In this document: positions 34,007 through 42,747 of the stretch, piece after piece | How positions within the stretch are numbered: position 1 is the first letter of the stretch | Layout of the letters: the number at the start of each line of letters is the position of its first letter | Assembly: GCA_018657385.1 (NCBI GenBank) | Contig: JABHXF010000029.1 | Coordinates: 4,214 to 68,213, forward strand | Reading direction: 5' to 3' | Length of the DNA stretch: 64,000 nucleotides | Source of the DNA: Candidatus Woesearchaeota archaeon | GTDB taxonomy: Archaea; Nanobdellota; Nanobdellia; Woesearchaeales; DSVV01 | The notes under the pieces: model-generated | Databases searched by the model: none | Seen by the model: only the letters and a program-made list of their open reading frames with translations | What the model was told of the DNA's origin: nothing | Made by a program: the position numbers and the translations under genes

Positions 34007-35566
34007 TTAGTTTATGATTATACTTTTCATTACCACACATTTGTTTTTATACAATTTGATTTCATTTTCGCTACTAACTTGTTTATTAAGAATTTCTTTA
34101 AAACATTCATTATCTAGGAACATTAATTTTTTAATTTTATATTGTTCTGAAATTTCAGGAGTGAACATAATATAATCTACTCTATATTTATGTAAAATCT
34201 GATTTGCCTTAATTGTTGATACTGTATAAAATAATGAATCCACATCTGATACTATTTCATTAGCGTCTTCTAAAAATAAATAGTTTGTATCTCCTAAATT
34301 CTTTCTTTCAGCAAAGTAAGTTATAAGATGTCCCTCATCTATTGAAGCTGCAATACTTGCTGTTTCAGGTGTATGATCTTTAATTTGTTTTAATGATTCA
34401 ACATAGCTTGGGGGTGTTGCTTCAGCTATAACTGATTTTGCCAGAATTATTGAAGGCAATACTGAAGTTAATACAAATATTATGCATATTACAATAAAAA
34501 TTGGAGTCTCAAGTTTTGAAAATCTAGTTTGTTTTAGGTAATTATTTAGGTTATTGTAACCAATACCAAATAAAATTACAAGTATTACTCCTAAAAATAT
34601 TAATGCAAATTCAAGTTCAATTAGTTTTAACCATAATAAACTAGTTGTAGTAATTGCAAAGCTTATTATTAAGTATACTTTCTTATTTTTTAGATTAAAT
34701 AAATAATAATATATTATGAAAATACCTAATACAAATGGTATTATTCCAATCTGATAAATTGCTTGCCAAATTGAAATTTGATGAAAATAAGTTAAAAAAT
34801 ATTTTGTAGGGATATTTTCCCAAATAAAATTAAATCCATGTTTTAGAAATGCTTTCTTAAATATTAATAAATAAATCCATATCATTAAAAAAGCTGAAAA
34901 AAGACTTACTTCAATTTCTGATCTTTTTAATTTCATGTTTTCAATAGTTACAAGTGCAAGGTAAACTAACAAGCTTGCAATTAATAAGATTATTGAAGGA
35001 TGTGTTAAAAGTAATAATAAGATAATTAATAAAAAGTATCTTGTATATTTCATTTCTTCAATTTTGATAAATAAATATAACATAAATATAGTTAGTGGAA
35101 TAATAACCGAATATATGCTTATGCTGTTAATTGTTTTAGAAAAATAAATTGGTATGAATGCTGAGATAATTGAAGTAAGTATTGAAACTGATTTGTTTTT
35201 AGTTATTTCATGAACTAATAAGTATGTGAAAAATACAATTGTAGAAGCAAATATATTTGGAAGAATCTTGGCAATAAATATAGAGCTAAATGTTGTTGTA
35301 AAAAATGCTAACACATAATGGAATAAGGGTAAAAATATAAATGTTCTTCCACCATAACTTAATGGGTCATTGAAAAGAGGGATAAATGTTTTAGATATAT
35401 GTTCAACTTGTCTTAAAGTGAAATAAGCACTATTATCACTAAAATAATCAGTTTGAAAGGCATAGTAAATTCTTATTCCTGAAACTAATAGAAATATAAT
35501 AATAAGTATTAACCAAATATTGTTAACACTTTTTATATTCTTAAATTTCTTTTTAATATAATCCAT
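34007..35566 (-). CDS. Polytopic membrane protein with a C-terminal soluble domain (possible GT-C glycosyltransferase), paralogous architecture
   Basis: 519 aa with the same layout as the preceding gene. Confidence 0.6.
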   Translation of the reverse strand: MDYIKKKFKNIKSVNNIWLILIIIFLLVSGIRIYYAFQTDYFSDNSAYFTLRQVEHISKTFIPLFNDPLSYGGRTFIFLPLFHYVLAFFTTTFSSIFIAKILPNIFASTIVFFTYLLVHEITKNKSVSILTSIISAFIPIYFSKTINSISIYSVIIPLTIFMLYLFIKIEEMKYTRYFLLIILLLLLTHPSIILLIASLLVYLALVTIENMKLKRSEIEVSLFSAFLMIWIYLLIFKKAFLKHGFNFIWENIPTKYFLTYFHQISIWQAIYQIGIIPFVLGIFIIYYYLFNLKNKKVYLIISFAITTTSLLWLKLIELEFALIFLGVILVILFGIGYNNLNNYLKQTRFSKLETPIFIVICIIFVLTSVLPSIILAKSVIAEATPPSYVESLKQIKDHTPETASIAASIDEGHLITYFAERKNLGDTNYLFLEDANEIVSDVDSLFYTVSTIKANQILHKYRVDYIMFTPEISEQYKIKKLMFLDNECFKEILNKQVSSENEIKLYKNKCVVMKSIIIN

Positions 35567-35725
35567 CCATTAACACCTTATATTAACACCCAATATTAAT
35601 ATTACTTATATAGAATATACTTGTTTATCTATTTATATATCTTTTGTAATAATTATGAATATAAAAATAAGTATAATTACAATATATGGAAAAAGTATAT
35701 ATATTAACGGGAATTACACCTAAAT

Positions 35726-36466
35726 ATGGAAGAGAATAGTGATGTTAATCCATTGAATGGAAATATTGATGTAGAAAAACAAGCCAAAATCAATTCTGGT
35801 AGTAATATTATTGATGAGTTTTTAAATGGTGGTTATGATAAAGATATAATATCAACTATTTATGGGCCAGCAAGTAGGGGAAAAACCACATTTTGTCTCT
35901 TAGCTGGAATTAGTATAGCAAAACAAGGTAAAAAAGTAATATTTGTTGATACAGAAGGTGGATTTTCTTTAGACAGATTTAAACAACTTATTAAGAGTTT
36001 TGGAGCAGATCCTTTAGAACTATTGAAAAATATATTTATTTTGAAACCAACAAACTTCCAAGAACAACATCAAACAATTGAAAGACTTAATAATATGATT
36101 AATGAACATGTTGGTTTGATTATAGTAGATACAATCGGTATGTTATATAGAGTAGAATATGGGAAAAAATCAAATATTAGAGATGTGAATAATATGTTAA
36201 GTCAGCAAATTAACTTTTTGACTGAGATTACTAGAAAACACCATATTCCTATCTTATTAACCAACCAAGTCTATAGTGATTTTGATGTTAGAGATGCAAT
36301 TAAAATTGTTGGTGGTGATTTAATAACTTATGCTAGCAAATGTATGATTGAATTGAAGAAATCTAAAGCTGGGATGAGAGGCGCAATTCTTAGAAAGCAT
36401 AGATCCTTGCCAGAGAAAGAAGTTCTGTTTAAGATTGTTGAGAATGGCTTTGAGAAAGTAGAGTAA
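35726..36466 (+). CDS. radB: RadB-like RecA-superfamily ATPase
   Basis: Walker A GPASRGKTTFCL and Walker B LIIVDT. At 246 aa it has no N-terminal HhH domain, so RadB is more likely than RadA. Confidence 0.75.
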   Translation: MEENSDVNPLNGNIDVEKQAKINSGSNIIDEFLNGGYDKDIISTIYGPASRGKTTFCLLAGISIAKQGKKVIFVDTEGGFSLDRFKQLIKSFGADPLELLKNIFILKPTNFQEQHQTIERLNNMINEHVGLIIVDTIGMLYRVEYGKKSNIRDVNNMLSQQINFLTEITRKHHIPILLTNQVYSDFDVRDAIKIVGGDLITYASKCMIELKKSKAGMRGAILRKHRSLPEKEVLFKIVENGFEKVE

Positions 36467-36473
36467 ACTTATT

Positions 36474-36635
36474 TTAGAAGAATATAATTGGCCATATGAA
36501 TACTAATATTATTTTTATGGCAAGGTTGGGTTCAGGTGTATAAAATCCACCAAACATACCAATGTATAACCCTATAATGAAATATATTACTATTAACCAG
36601 AACCACCATTTTCTTAATAATGCTTTAAAGTCCAT
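36474..36635 (-). CDS. Possible 53-aa two-TM micro-protein
   Basis: MDFKALLRKWWFWLIVIYFIIGLYIGMFGG...ILVFIWPIIFF. The longer listed ORF (to 36818) would overlap the BNR gene start and its promoter. Confidence 0.35.
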   Translation of the reverse strand: MDFKALLRKWWFWLIVIYFIIGLYIGMFGGFYTPEPNLAIKIILVFIWPIIFF

Positions 36636-36711
36636 GATTTCTTTATATGTACAATAGTTTATATATTTTTCTGCAAAAGTTTTAAATAAGAGATTATGTT
36701 GTATAAAGCAT

Positions 36712-39700
36712 ATGAGAAGAGAATATAAAGTAATTCTTATTATTTTAATGCTTGTTTTAGCTGTATTTCTTACTGCTTGTGATGATTTAGTTGGTGAAGC
36801 ATATAGGGATGCTAGCAAAAGAGTAAAGGGAACAAGATCATTACCTGCTTATGATGAAAGTAAGGTAGCACTTAAATGTAATGATGGTATTTGGAATGGC
36901 AAAGAACAAGGGGTTGATTGTGGTAGGGCATGTGGAAAAAGCTGCTGTAGAAATGGATTTCATGATAAAAATTTAGGTGAATGTGATATTGATCGTGGTG
37001 TTAATTGCAAGAATGGGTGTGTTTGGGAAAAAACAAATGGCCCTGGTGGTGGAAAAACATTAACTATTGCTATTGATCCAATTAATACTAATATATTGTA
37101 TACAGGCACTTATCCATTAACAAATAATGAATTTTATCCTTATGATGGTGGAGTTTACAAAAGTTATGATGCTGGGTTGACATGGCAAGAGAAAAATAAA
37201 GGTATTGATAATAAGGAGATTTGGGCTATGAGGATTGATCCTAACAATAATAATATTATTTATGCTGGTTCAAATGATGGTGATATTTACAAGTCAACAG
37301 ATGCAGCTGAAAGTTGGGTAAAAGTTAAAGACAAAGTGGATAATTTTGAAACTATATTTTCTATTGAAGTTGATTCTGAAAATTCTAATCTTGTTTTAGC
37401 TGGAAGTAGGTATGGTAGGATATATAGATCAGAAGATGGTGGGAATAGTTGGGAAACAATTTATACTGAGGGAAGTATAGAAAAAGGTGGGGTAATAAGT
37501 TCAATTCATATAAGTCCACATTATAGTAATATTATTTTTGCAACTTCTGGATTTATGGATGTTTGGGATTCTAATTCAGATTATGGTCTTTTTAAGAGTA
37601 TAGACAATGGTAAAACTTGGACTCCAATTACAAATGGTTTAGAAGGAAATGTTAATTTTGGTGATACTGCTTTTGATCCTGAAAATGAAAATGTTGTTTA
37701 TGCAGTAAATGGTTTAATTGGGAAAGAACAAGGTAATATTTTTAAAAGTGATAATCTAGGAGAATCTTGGTCAATAATAAATATTCCTGGTGGATATCCT
37801 GAATTTGGTGGCTTTACTTCTATTGAAATTCATTATGAACAATCAAATATGATGTATGTTAGTGGAGATGGAATGACTTTATTAAAATCAATAGATTCTG
37901 GAGAGACTTGGGAATATATGACAAGCGGTGTAATGAGTTCAGATAATGGTGGGAGCTTTATTACTGGTATTTCTTTAGATCCAGATAATCCTAATAAAAT
38001 TTATGTTGCTTCTTATGCATCAGGAAATTTTCGTTCAGTTAATGGTGGAGAAACTTGGGAAGAAATAAATAATCATCTTACTTTCTCTTATACAAAAGCT
38101 CTTGCACCTGATTATTCTATTAGGGGTGGAGGGGGTGTTTATGCAAGTTCTTTTACTAATGGTATTCATAGAACTAGTGGTAGTTTAGACTGGCAGCGTA
38201 TTTTAAATAATAATTTAGGAATAAATGGGTTTGCTAGGCTAGCAACAACTCCAGCAGATATTAATTTAATTTATGGTGTTGGTGATTTAATATTAACAGC
38301 TGGGAAAACTTCAACCGAAGAATTTAGGGTTTCTTATGATAAAGGAAAAAATTGGCAAATAATTACTTTGCCTTTGTTAACTACTAAATTTTTAACAATA
38401 GTAAAAGATCCAACAAGGGTTCCTGTTATGAGAGGCGGAAAAAATGTTTTTAGTATGGGAGCAGAAGTAATTGCTACAACAGAAGCACATGTATTTTCAG
38501 CTGCAATTGATTCTACTAATGCTAATACTGCATATGCTGCAACTATTGATGGTGGTGTTTATAGAACAGATGATAAAGGCCAAACATGGAATCAAAAGAA
38601 TAATGGTTTAGGGGGACAAACAGATATTAGAACAGTTGCTATTGATCCCTTAAATTCTAACAAAGTTTATGCTGGTGCAGTTGGTGACAATCCCAAAGTT
38701 TATTATTCAAACAATAAAGGTGAATTATGGCAAATACTTAATGATGATTTAACATTTACTACTATTTCGGGTCATTCTCAATTACAAATACATCCAGATA
38801 ATAAAAACAAAGTATATGCTGGAACATGGGGTGGTGGTACTTTTATGTCTACAGATGCAGGAAAAAATTGGGATCGTTTAGGAACAGATAATTGGGATGC
38901 ACCTTTCTCTCCAACTTGTCTTGCTATTTCTCCAAGTGATCCTAATGTAATATATGCATGTGATAGAACCAGCCCACAAATTTGGCGTCACAACAATGCT
39001 GGAGTTGATGAAGGGCCACACAATTGGTTTCCTTATTATAGCTTTGAAGAAGATGAGTATATGACTACATCTGCTGTTGCTGTTCATCCAACTGATTCTA
39101 ATAAGATTTATATGGCTGCATTTAAACCACCTATTGCTCATGGTGGTGGGTTACATCTAAAAGATGGTGGTGAAATTGTTGATCTTGGAAAAGATTTACC
39201 AAGGTCTGTATTAGATATAGCTATTAATCCTAGTTATCCAAACATTATTTATGTTACTTTACATGTTCATGGTGTTTACAAAAGTATTAATGGTGGGCAA
39301 ACATGGAAGCAATTAGATGATAAAGGTAATGGTTTGCCAAGAACTGGGTTTTTTGATATTGATATTGATCCAATGGATACTGATATAATTTATACTGCTG
39401 GACTATGTGGGGAATTGCCTGATTATATTATGCCACAAAATCTAGTTCCTTTTATACTACAAAAATTAGGTGTTATTAAGAATATAGACCCAAATGCAAA
39501 ATGTGGTGTCTATAAGTCAATTAATGCTGGAGAAGATTGGGAATTAGTTTTGGAAACAATTGGAGCTGCTACAGGAATTGAAATTGATGGAAATGATCAT
39601 AATGTGTTATATGTTTCAGATTCAAGTGGAGGAGTTTGGGTAAGTACTAATGGTGGAGAAAATTGGGTACAAGAAAATACAGGTGGGGATGGTTTAGATA

Positions 39701-40221
39701 GTTTAACAATGACCTCAGTAAAAGTTAAAGATGATAAAGTTTATGCATCTACCCAAGGTTCTGGAGTTTATGCAGGACAATTAACAGATGATTATTCTAT
39801 TGTTTGGGATAATCAAAGAAGTAATAAACCAAAAGTACATGTTTTCAATATGCAAATAAATGTTGATCCACAAGATAATGATATAATATATGCAAGTGCA
39901 TACCCTGGTGGATTATTTAGATCAGATGATAGTGGAGAAAATTGGGCGGGTAAAAACTTTGCAACACCTTCATTTATATCAAATGACCCAAATAGAAAAG
40001 GATATTATGCCTTTGCAATTAATCCTACAAATCCTGAAAACGTAGTATTGTGTATTTTTAGTAAAGGATGTTTTATTTCATATGATAAAAGAGATACTGC
40101 GGTTCCTTTTAATACAGGCTTAGAAATAAAAGATGTTTACTCTATTGCTTTTGATCCTTTAGGGAATTATGTTTATGCTGGAACAAATGGTGGTAGTGTG
40201 TTTAGAGCTAAGATTGAATAA
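36712..40221 (+). CDS. Giant BNR/Asp-box repeat protein (multi-beta-propeller), predicted lipoprotein
   Basis: Signal peptide with lipobox: MRREYKVILIILMLVLAVFLTAC-DD. A Cys-rich module follows. About 15 Asp-box (S-x-D-x-G-x-T-W) repeats are present, for example YKSYDAGLTWQ, YRSEDGGNSWE, FKSIDNGKTWT, LKSIDSGETWE, YRTDDKGQTWN, YKSINGGQTWK and FRSDDSGENWA. Confidence 0.85.
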   Translation: MRREYKVILIILMLVLAVFLTACDDLVGEAYRDASKRVKGTRSLPAYDESKVALKCNDGIWNGKEQGVDCGRACGKSCCRNGFHDKNLGECDIDRGVNCKNGCVWEKTNGPGGGKTLTIAIDPINTNILYTGTYPLTNNEFYPYDGGVYKSYDAGLTWQEKNKGIDNKEIWAMRIDPNNNNIIYAGSNDGDIYKSTDAAESWVKVKDKVDNFETIFSIEVDSENSNLVLAGSRYGRIYRSEDGGNSWETIYTEGSIEKGGVISSIHISPHYSNIIFATSGFMDVWDSNSDYGLFKSIDNGKTWTPITNGLEGNVNFGDTAFDPENENVVYAVNGLIGKEQGNIFKSDNLGESWSIINIPGGYPEFGGFTSIEIHYEQSNMMYVSGDGMTLLKSIDSGETWEYMTSGVMSSDNGGSFITGISLDPDNPNKIYVASYASGNFRSVNGGETWEEINNHLTFSYTKALAPDYSIRGGGGVYASSFTNGIHRTSGSLDWQRILNNNLGINGFARLATTPADINLIYGVGDLILTAGKTSTEEFRVSYDKGKNWQIITLPLLTTKFLTIVKDPTRVPVMRGGKNVFSMGAEVIATTEAHVFSAAIDSTNANTAYAATIDGGVYRTDDKGQTWNQKNNGLGGQTDIRTVAIDPLNSNKVYAGAVGDNPKVYYSNNKGELWQILNDDLTFTTISGHSQLQIHPDNKNKVYAGTWGGGTFMSTDAGKNWDRLGTDNWDAPFSPTCLAISPSDPNVIYACDRTSPQIWRHNNAGVDEGPHNWFPYYSFEEDEYMTTSAVAVHPTDSNKIYMAAFKPPIAHGGGLHLKDGGEIVDLGKDLPRSVLDIAINPSYPNIIYVTLHVHGVYKSINGGQTWKQLDDKGNGLPRTGFFDIDIDPMDTDIIYTAGLCGELPDYIMPQNLVPFILQKLGVIKNIDPNAKCGVYKSINAGEDWELVLETIGAATGIEIDGNDHNVLYVSDSSGGVWVSTNGGENWVQENTGGDGLDSLTMTSVKVKDDKVYASTQGSGVYAGQLTDDYSIVWDNQRSNKPKVHVFNMQINVDPQDNDIIYASAYPGGLFRSDDSGENWAGKNFATPSFISNDPNRKGYYAFAINPTNPENVVLCIFSKGCFISYDKRDTAVPFNTGLEIKDVYSIAFDPLGNYVYAGTNGGSVFRAKIE

Positions 40222-40306
40222 ATTTTCTTAAGAATTTGAATCAATTAAATAAATCAACAAAAATAGAAACAATAAAGAAAACAAAAATAAATAAAAAAAC
40301 AAAAAC

Positions 40307-40906
40307 TTACTCTTCCATGAACTGTTCAACACTGAACTTCATTTCTTTCTCATCCTTAATCATGTCATGTGCTTTCATATATTCACGAGCAAAGATGTAA
40401 AATAATAAACCTAAACTTTTCTTACCTTTATTATTACATGGAATTACTAAATCAATGTTATTAGCTTGGTTATTTGTGTCACATAATGCAACAACTGGAA
40501 TTCCAACATGTAATGCATCATTAATTGCATTTCTATCAGGCCATGAATCTGTAACAACAATTACTTTTGTTTCAATAAAGTTATCAAGATTTGGATTTGT
40601 TAATATTCCTGGTGGATATCTTCCTGGGAATACTCTAATTCCAATCATTTCTTGAATCATTTTAAGAGCTTTCCAACCATTTTCTCTTTTACTTACTAAT
40701 AAAATATCTTCTGGTTGGTATTGTGAAAGAAATTGTGACATTAATTTTATTCTTTCATCAACTTTTTCTAGATTTAATACACATAACCCATCAGGTCTAA
40801 TTTTATAAATAAATTTTTCCATGTGTTTTGTTTTAAACTTTGTACCAATATGGATACCTGCTTTTAAGTAGATTTTTGTAGGAACCATTAATTGTTCTTC
40901 TGTCAT
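40307..40906 (-). CDS. rps2: 30S ribosomal protein uS2 (archaeal S2)
   Basis: [41 protein letters not shown] and [36 protein letters not shown] Shine-Dalgarno motif lies 8 nt upstream. Confidence 0.9.
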   Translation of the reverse strand: [199 protein letters not shown]

Positions 40907-41147
40907 TTTTAATTTCCTCCATTAATCAGCGCAGAATTAGATCTGTGCTGCAATATTCTCAGCCTTGCAACTGTTGATATTTGGTCCTTTTCAGCTATTC
41001 CAAATATCTGGCTAATATCTATTGGGATTGATTGCTGCTTTTTAAAGGTTTTGGTAGTAATTATGTTTTTTATGACTTATTTGTCACATTTAGAATGAGT
41101 AAAATTCAATTCTTCTATTAAGATTAAATAAAATAAAAAACCAGCTC

Positions 41148-41702
41148 TTATGGAGCAGGTGGTTCATCAAGATTTTCGTCTTTCTCCTCTTCTGTTTCTT
41201 TACCTAGTTCTTCTTCAGGCATAGGAGGTATATCTTCTGTTTCTTCTTCAGGAACATCTACTTCTTCTGACTTATCCTCTTCTTTTGGAGTAGGTGGTTC
41301 TTCAAGATCATCTTCTTGTGGTAATTCTTCAGTTGTTTCTTCTTCAGGTTCAGGAACTTCTAGATCTTCTTCAGTTTTTTCTTCATCAACTGGTTCTTCA
41401 CCAAAATCTTCTGAGTCATCTCCTTCTGGAATTAAATCTTCAACTTTTTTCTCTCTTTTAGGTTTTTCTACTTCAGGGGCTGATTGTGATTCTCCGACAA
41501 CTTCTGCAAATCCAACTTTTTTTAGAACTTTAGTAATCCTAACTCTTACTTCATCTCCTTCTTTTGTGTTGGGTATAAATAAAACAAAGCCTTTTTTCTT
41601 GGCAATTCCATCTCCTTTTTCCCCAACTGCCTCTATTCTTACATCTATTTCATCTCCCACATTAACAGGAGCTACTCCATCACTAAATCCATGTCTTTCC
41701 AT
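41148..41702 (-). CDS. TRAM-domain RNA-binding protein with an acidic E/P-rich tail
   Basis: PVNVGDEIDVRIEAVGEKGDGIAKKKGFVLFIPNTKEGDEVRVRITKVLKKVGFAEVV is a typical stand-alone TRAM domain. Confidence 0.8.
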   Translation of the reverse strand: MERHGFSDGVAPVNVGDEIDVRIEAVGEKGDGIAKKKGFVLFIPNTKEGDEVRVRITKVLKKVGFAEVVGESQSAPEVEKPKREKKVEDLIPEGDDSEDFGEEPVDEEKTEEDLEVPEPEEETTEELPQEDDLEEPPTPKEEDKSEEVDVPEEETEDIPPMPEEELGKETEEEKDENLDEPPAP

Positions 41703-41730
41703 TTTACTTATTTCACCTTCTCTATTTAAT

Positions 41731-41749
41731 ATTACGTCAATAACGTAAT
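41731..41749. promoter_or_regulatory. Perfect palindrome ATTACGT-CAATA-ACGTAAT next to a TATA box
   Basis: 7-bp perfect arms. TTTATAAAAT (41750-59) is adjacent. Located in the TRAM/KH divergent intergenic region. Confidence 0.5.
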
Positions 41750-41795
41750 TTATAAAATAGGATAATTCCTAGATTTTTAAAGGTTATGCTAAAAT

Positions 41796-41873
41796 AAGGC
41801 TTGAATGGCTTGGAAGGGTAGAAAGGCCTGAATAGCTAATAACACCTTTCAAATCTTTTAAGCCTCAACCCTT
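41796..41873. repeat. About 78-nt imperfect hairpin (G-rich left arm, C-rich right arm)
   Basis: GAAAGG with CCTTTC, GGCTT with AAGCC, and TTGA with TCAA, plus several G.T positions. The left arm consists of roughly 10-nt words: GGCTTGAAT, GGCTTGGAAG, GGTAGAAAG. Confidence 0.4.
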
Positions 41874-41928
41874 ACAAATCTTTCTTCATACCAAAAACCT
41901 TAAAAAGCCCACCCCCAATCTTACCAAT

Positions 41929-42462
41929 ATGGCTGAATATTCATATGATCTCAAGATTCCAAAGGAAAGAATTGCTGTTTTAATAGGTAAAAGTGGAGAA
42001 GTTAAGAAGGCTTTAGAAGAAACTACAAATACTAGGATTGATATTGACAGCCATGAAGGAGATGTTACTGTACGGGGCGAAGATCCTTTAACATTGTTTA
42101 GTGTAAGAGACATAATTAGGGCTATTGCACGTGGATTTAATCCTGAAATTGCTCAACTTTTGCTTAAACAGGATTATATGTTTGAACTTGTTGAACTAAG
42201 AGATTTTGTTAAAAATAAGAATCAAATGCCAAGAATTAAAGGTAGAATAATTGGTAAAGAAGGAAAAGCAAGAGCAATTATAGAGGATCTTACAGATACT
42301 TATATTTGTGTTTATGGTAAAACAATTGGTATAATTGGTTTAGGTGAAGATGTTGCAATGGCAAGAAGAGCCATTGAATCTTTAGCTGCAGGAAGCCCAC
42401 ATAATAGTATCTATAAATGGTTAGAGAAAAAAAAGAGAGAAAATAGATTAACTGAAATTTAA
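41929..42462 (+). CDS. KH-domain RNA-binding protein (archaeal Dim2/Pno1-like)
   Basis: Two KH modules: IAVLIGKSGEVKKALEE and GRIIGKEGKARAIIEDL. 177 aa, with a TATA-like CCTTAAAAAGC about 25 nt upstream that suggests a leaderless mRNA. Confidence 0.8.
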   Translation: MAEYSYDLKIPKERIAVLIGKSGEVKKALEETTNTRIDIDSHEGDVTVRGEDPLTLFSVRDIIRAIARGFNPEIAQLLLKQDYMFELVELRDFVKNKNQMPRIKGRIIGKEGKARAIIEDLTDTYICVYGKTIGIIGLGEDVAMARRAIESLAAGSPHNSIYKWLEKKKRENRLTEI

Positions 42463-42592
42463 TAATCACATATTCTTATAGTTTTAATTATTTTATTCTG
42501 TAAAATATAAATTAACATTTATGCTATAAATTGTAAAGAAATAAAAGTAAAAAAATAAAAAAGAAACTTTAGAAAAATCATCATCTTGGCCA

Positions 42593-42677
42593 GTGGAGCT
42601 GACCTAACCTAATAAAAGAAAATCAATTTAGGAGGTTAGGTACCTTGAAATCTAAAGAAATAAAATGTCAGCTCCAC
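42593..42677. repeat. Nested inverted repeat in a convergent gap: GTGGAGCTGAC / GTCAGCTCCAC (11 bp, perfect)
   Basis: The outer arms are 42593-42603 and 42667-42677. An inner pairing joins CCTAACCT (42603-10) to AGGTTAGG (42633-40). Confidence 0.5.
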
Positions 42678-42747
42678 AAATAAGTGGTAAGCAAGATTCA
42701 GACTCCTTTCAGTCATCTGGGTACCTGACGATAATAATTTTTCTACT

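Noticed and set aside
40927-41008. Two 9-bp hairpins (CAGCGCAGA/TCTGTGCTG and GATATTTGG/CCAAATATC) in the rps2 upstream region, considered as an r-protein autoregulatory leader.
   Set aside because: The first hairpin pairs fully only on the plus strand (G.U), opposite to rps2. Both are short, and without comparative data they cannot be told from chance or simple promoter-proximal structure.
42593-42677. CCAGTGGAG and CTCCAC inverted repeats resemble archaeal origin recognition boxes (ORB, TCCAGTGGAAA-like) flanking AT-rich DNA.
   Set aside because: The match covers only a few bases, there is no orc1/cdc6 gene nearby, and the location in a convergent gene gap fits a terminator better.
42588-42730. 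Considered a tRNA, an intron-containing tRNA or a Nanoarchaeum-style split tRNA half.
   Set aside because: I could not build an acceptor/D/anticodon/T cloverleaf, and there is no GTTC(R)ANNC T-loop on either strand. No tRNA-like sequence was found in any other intergenic gap either.
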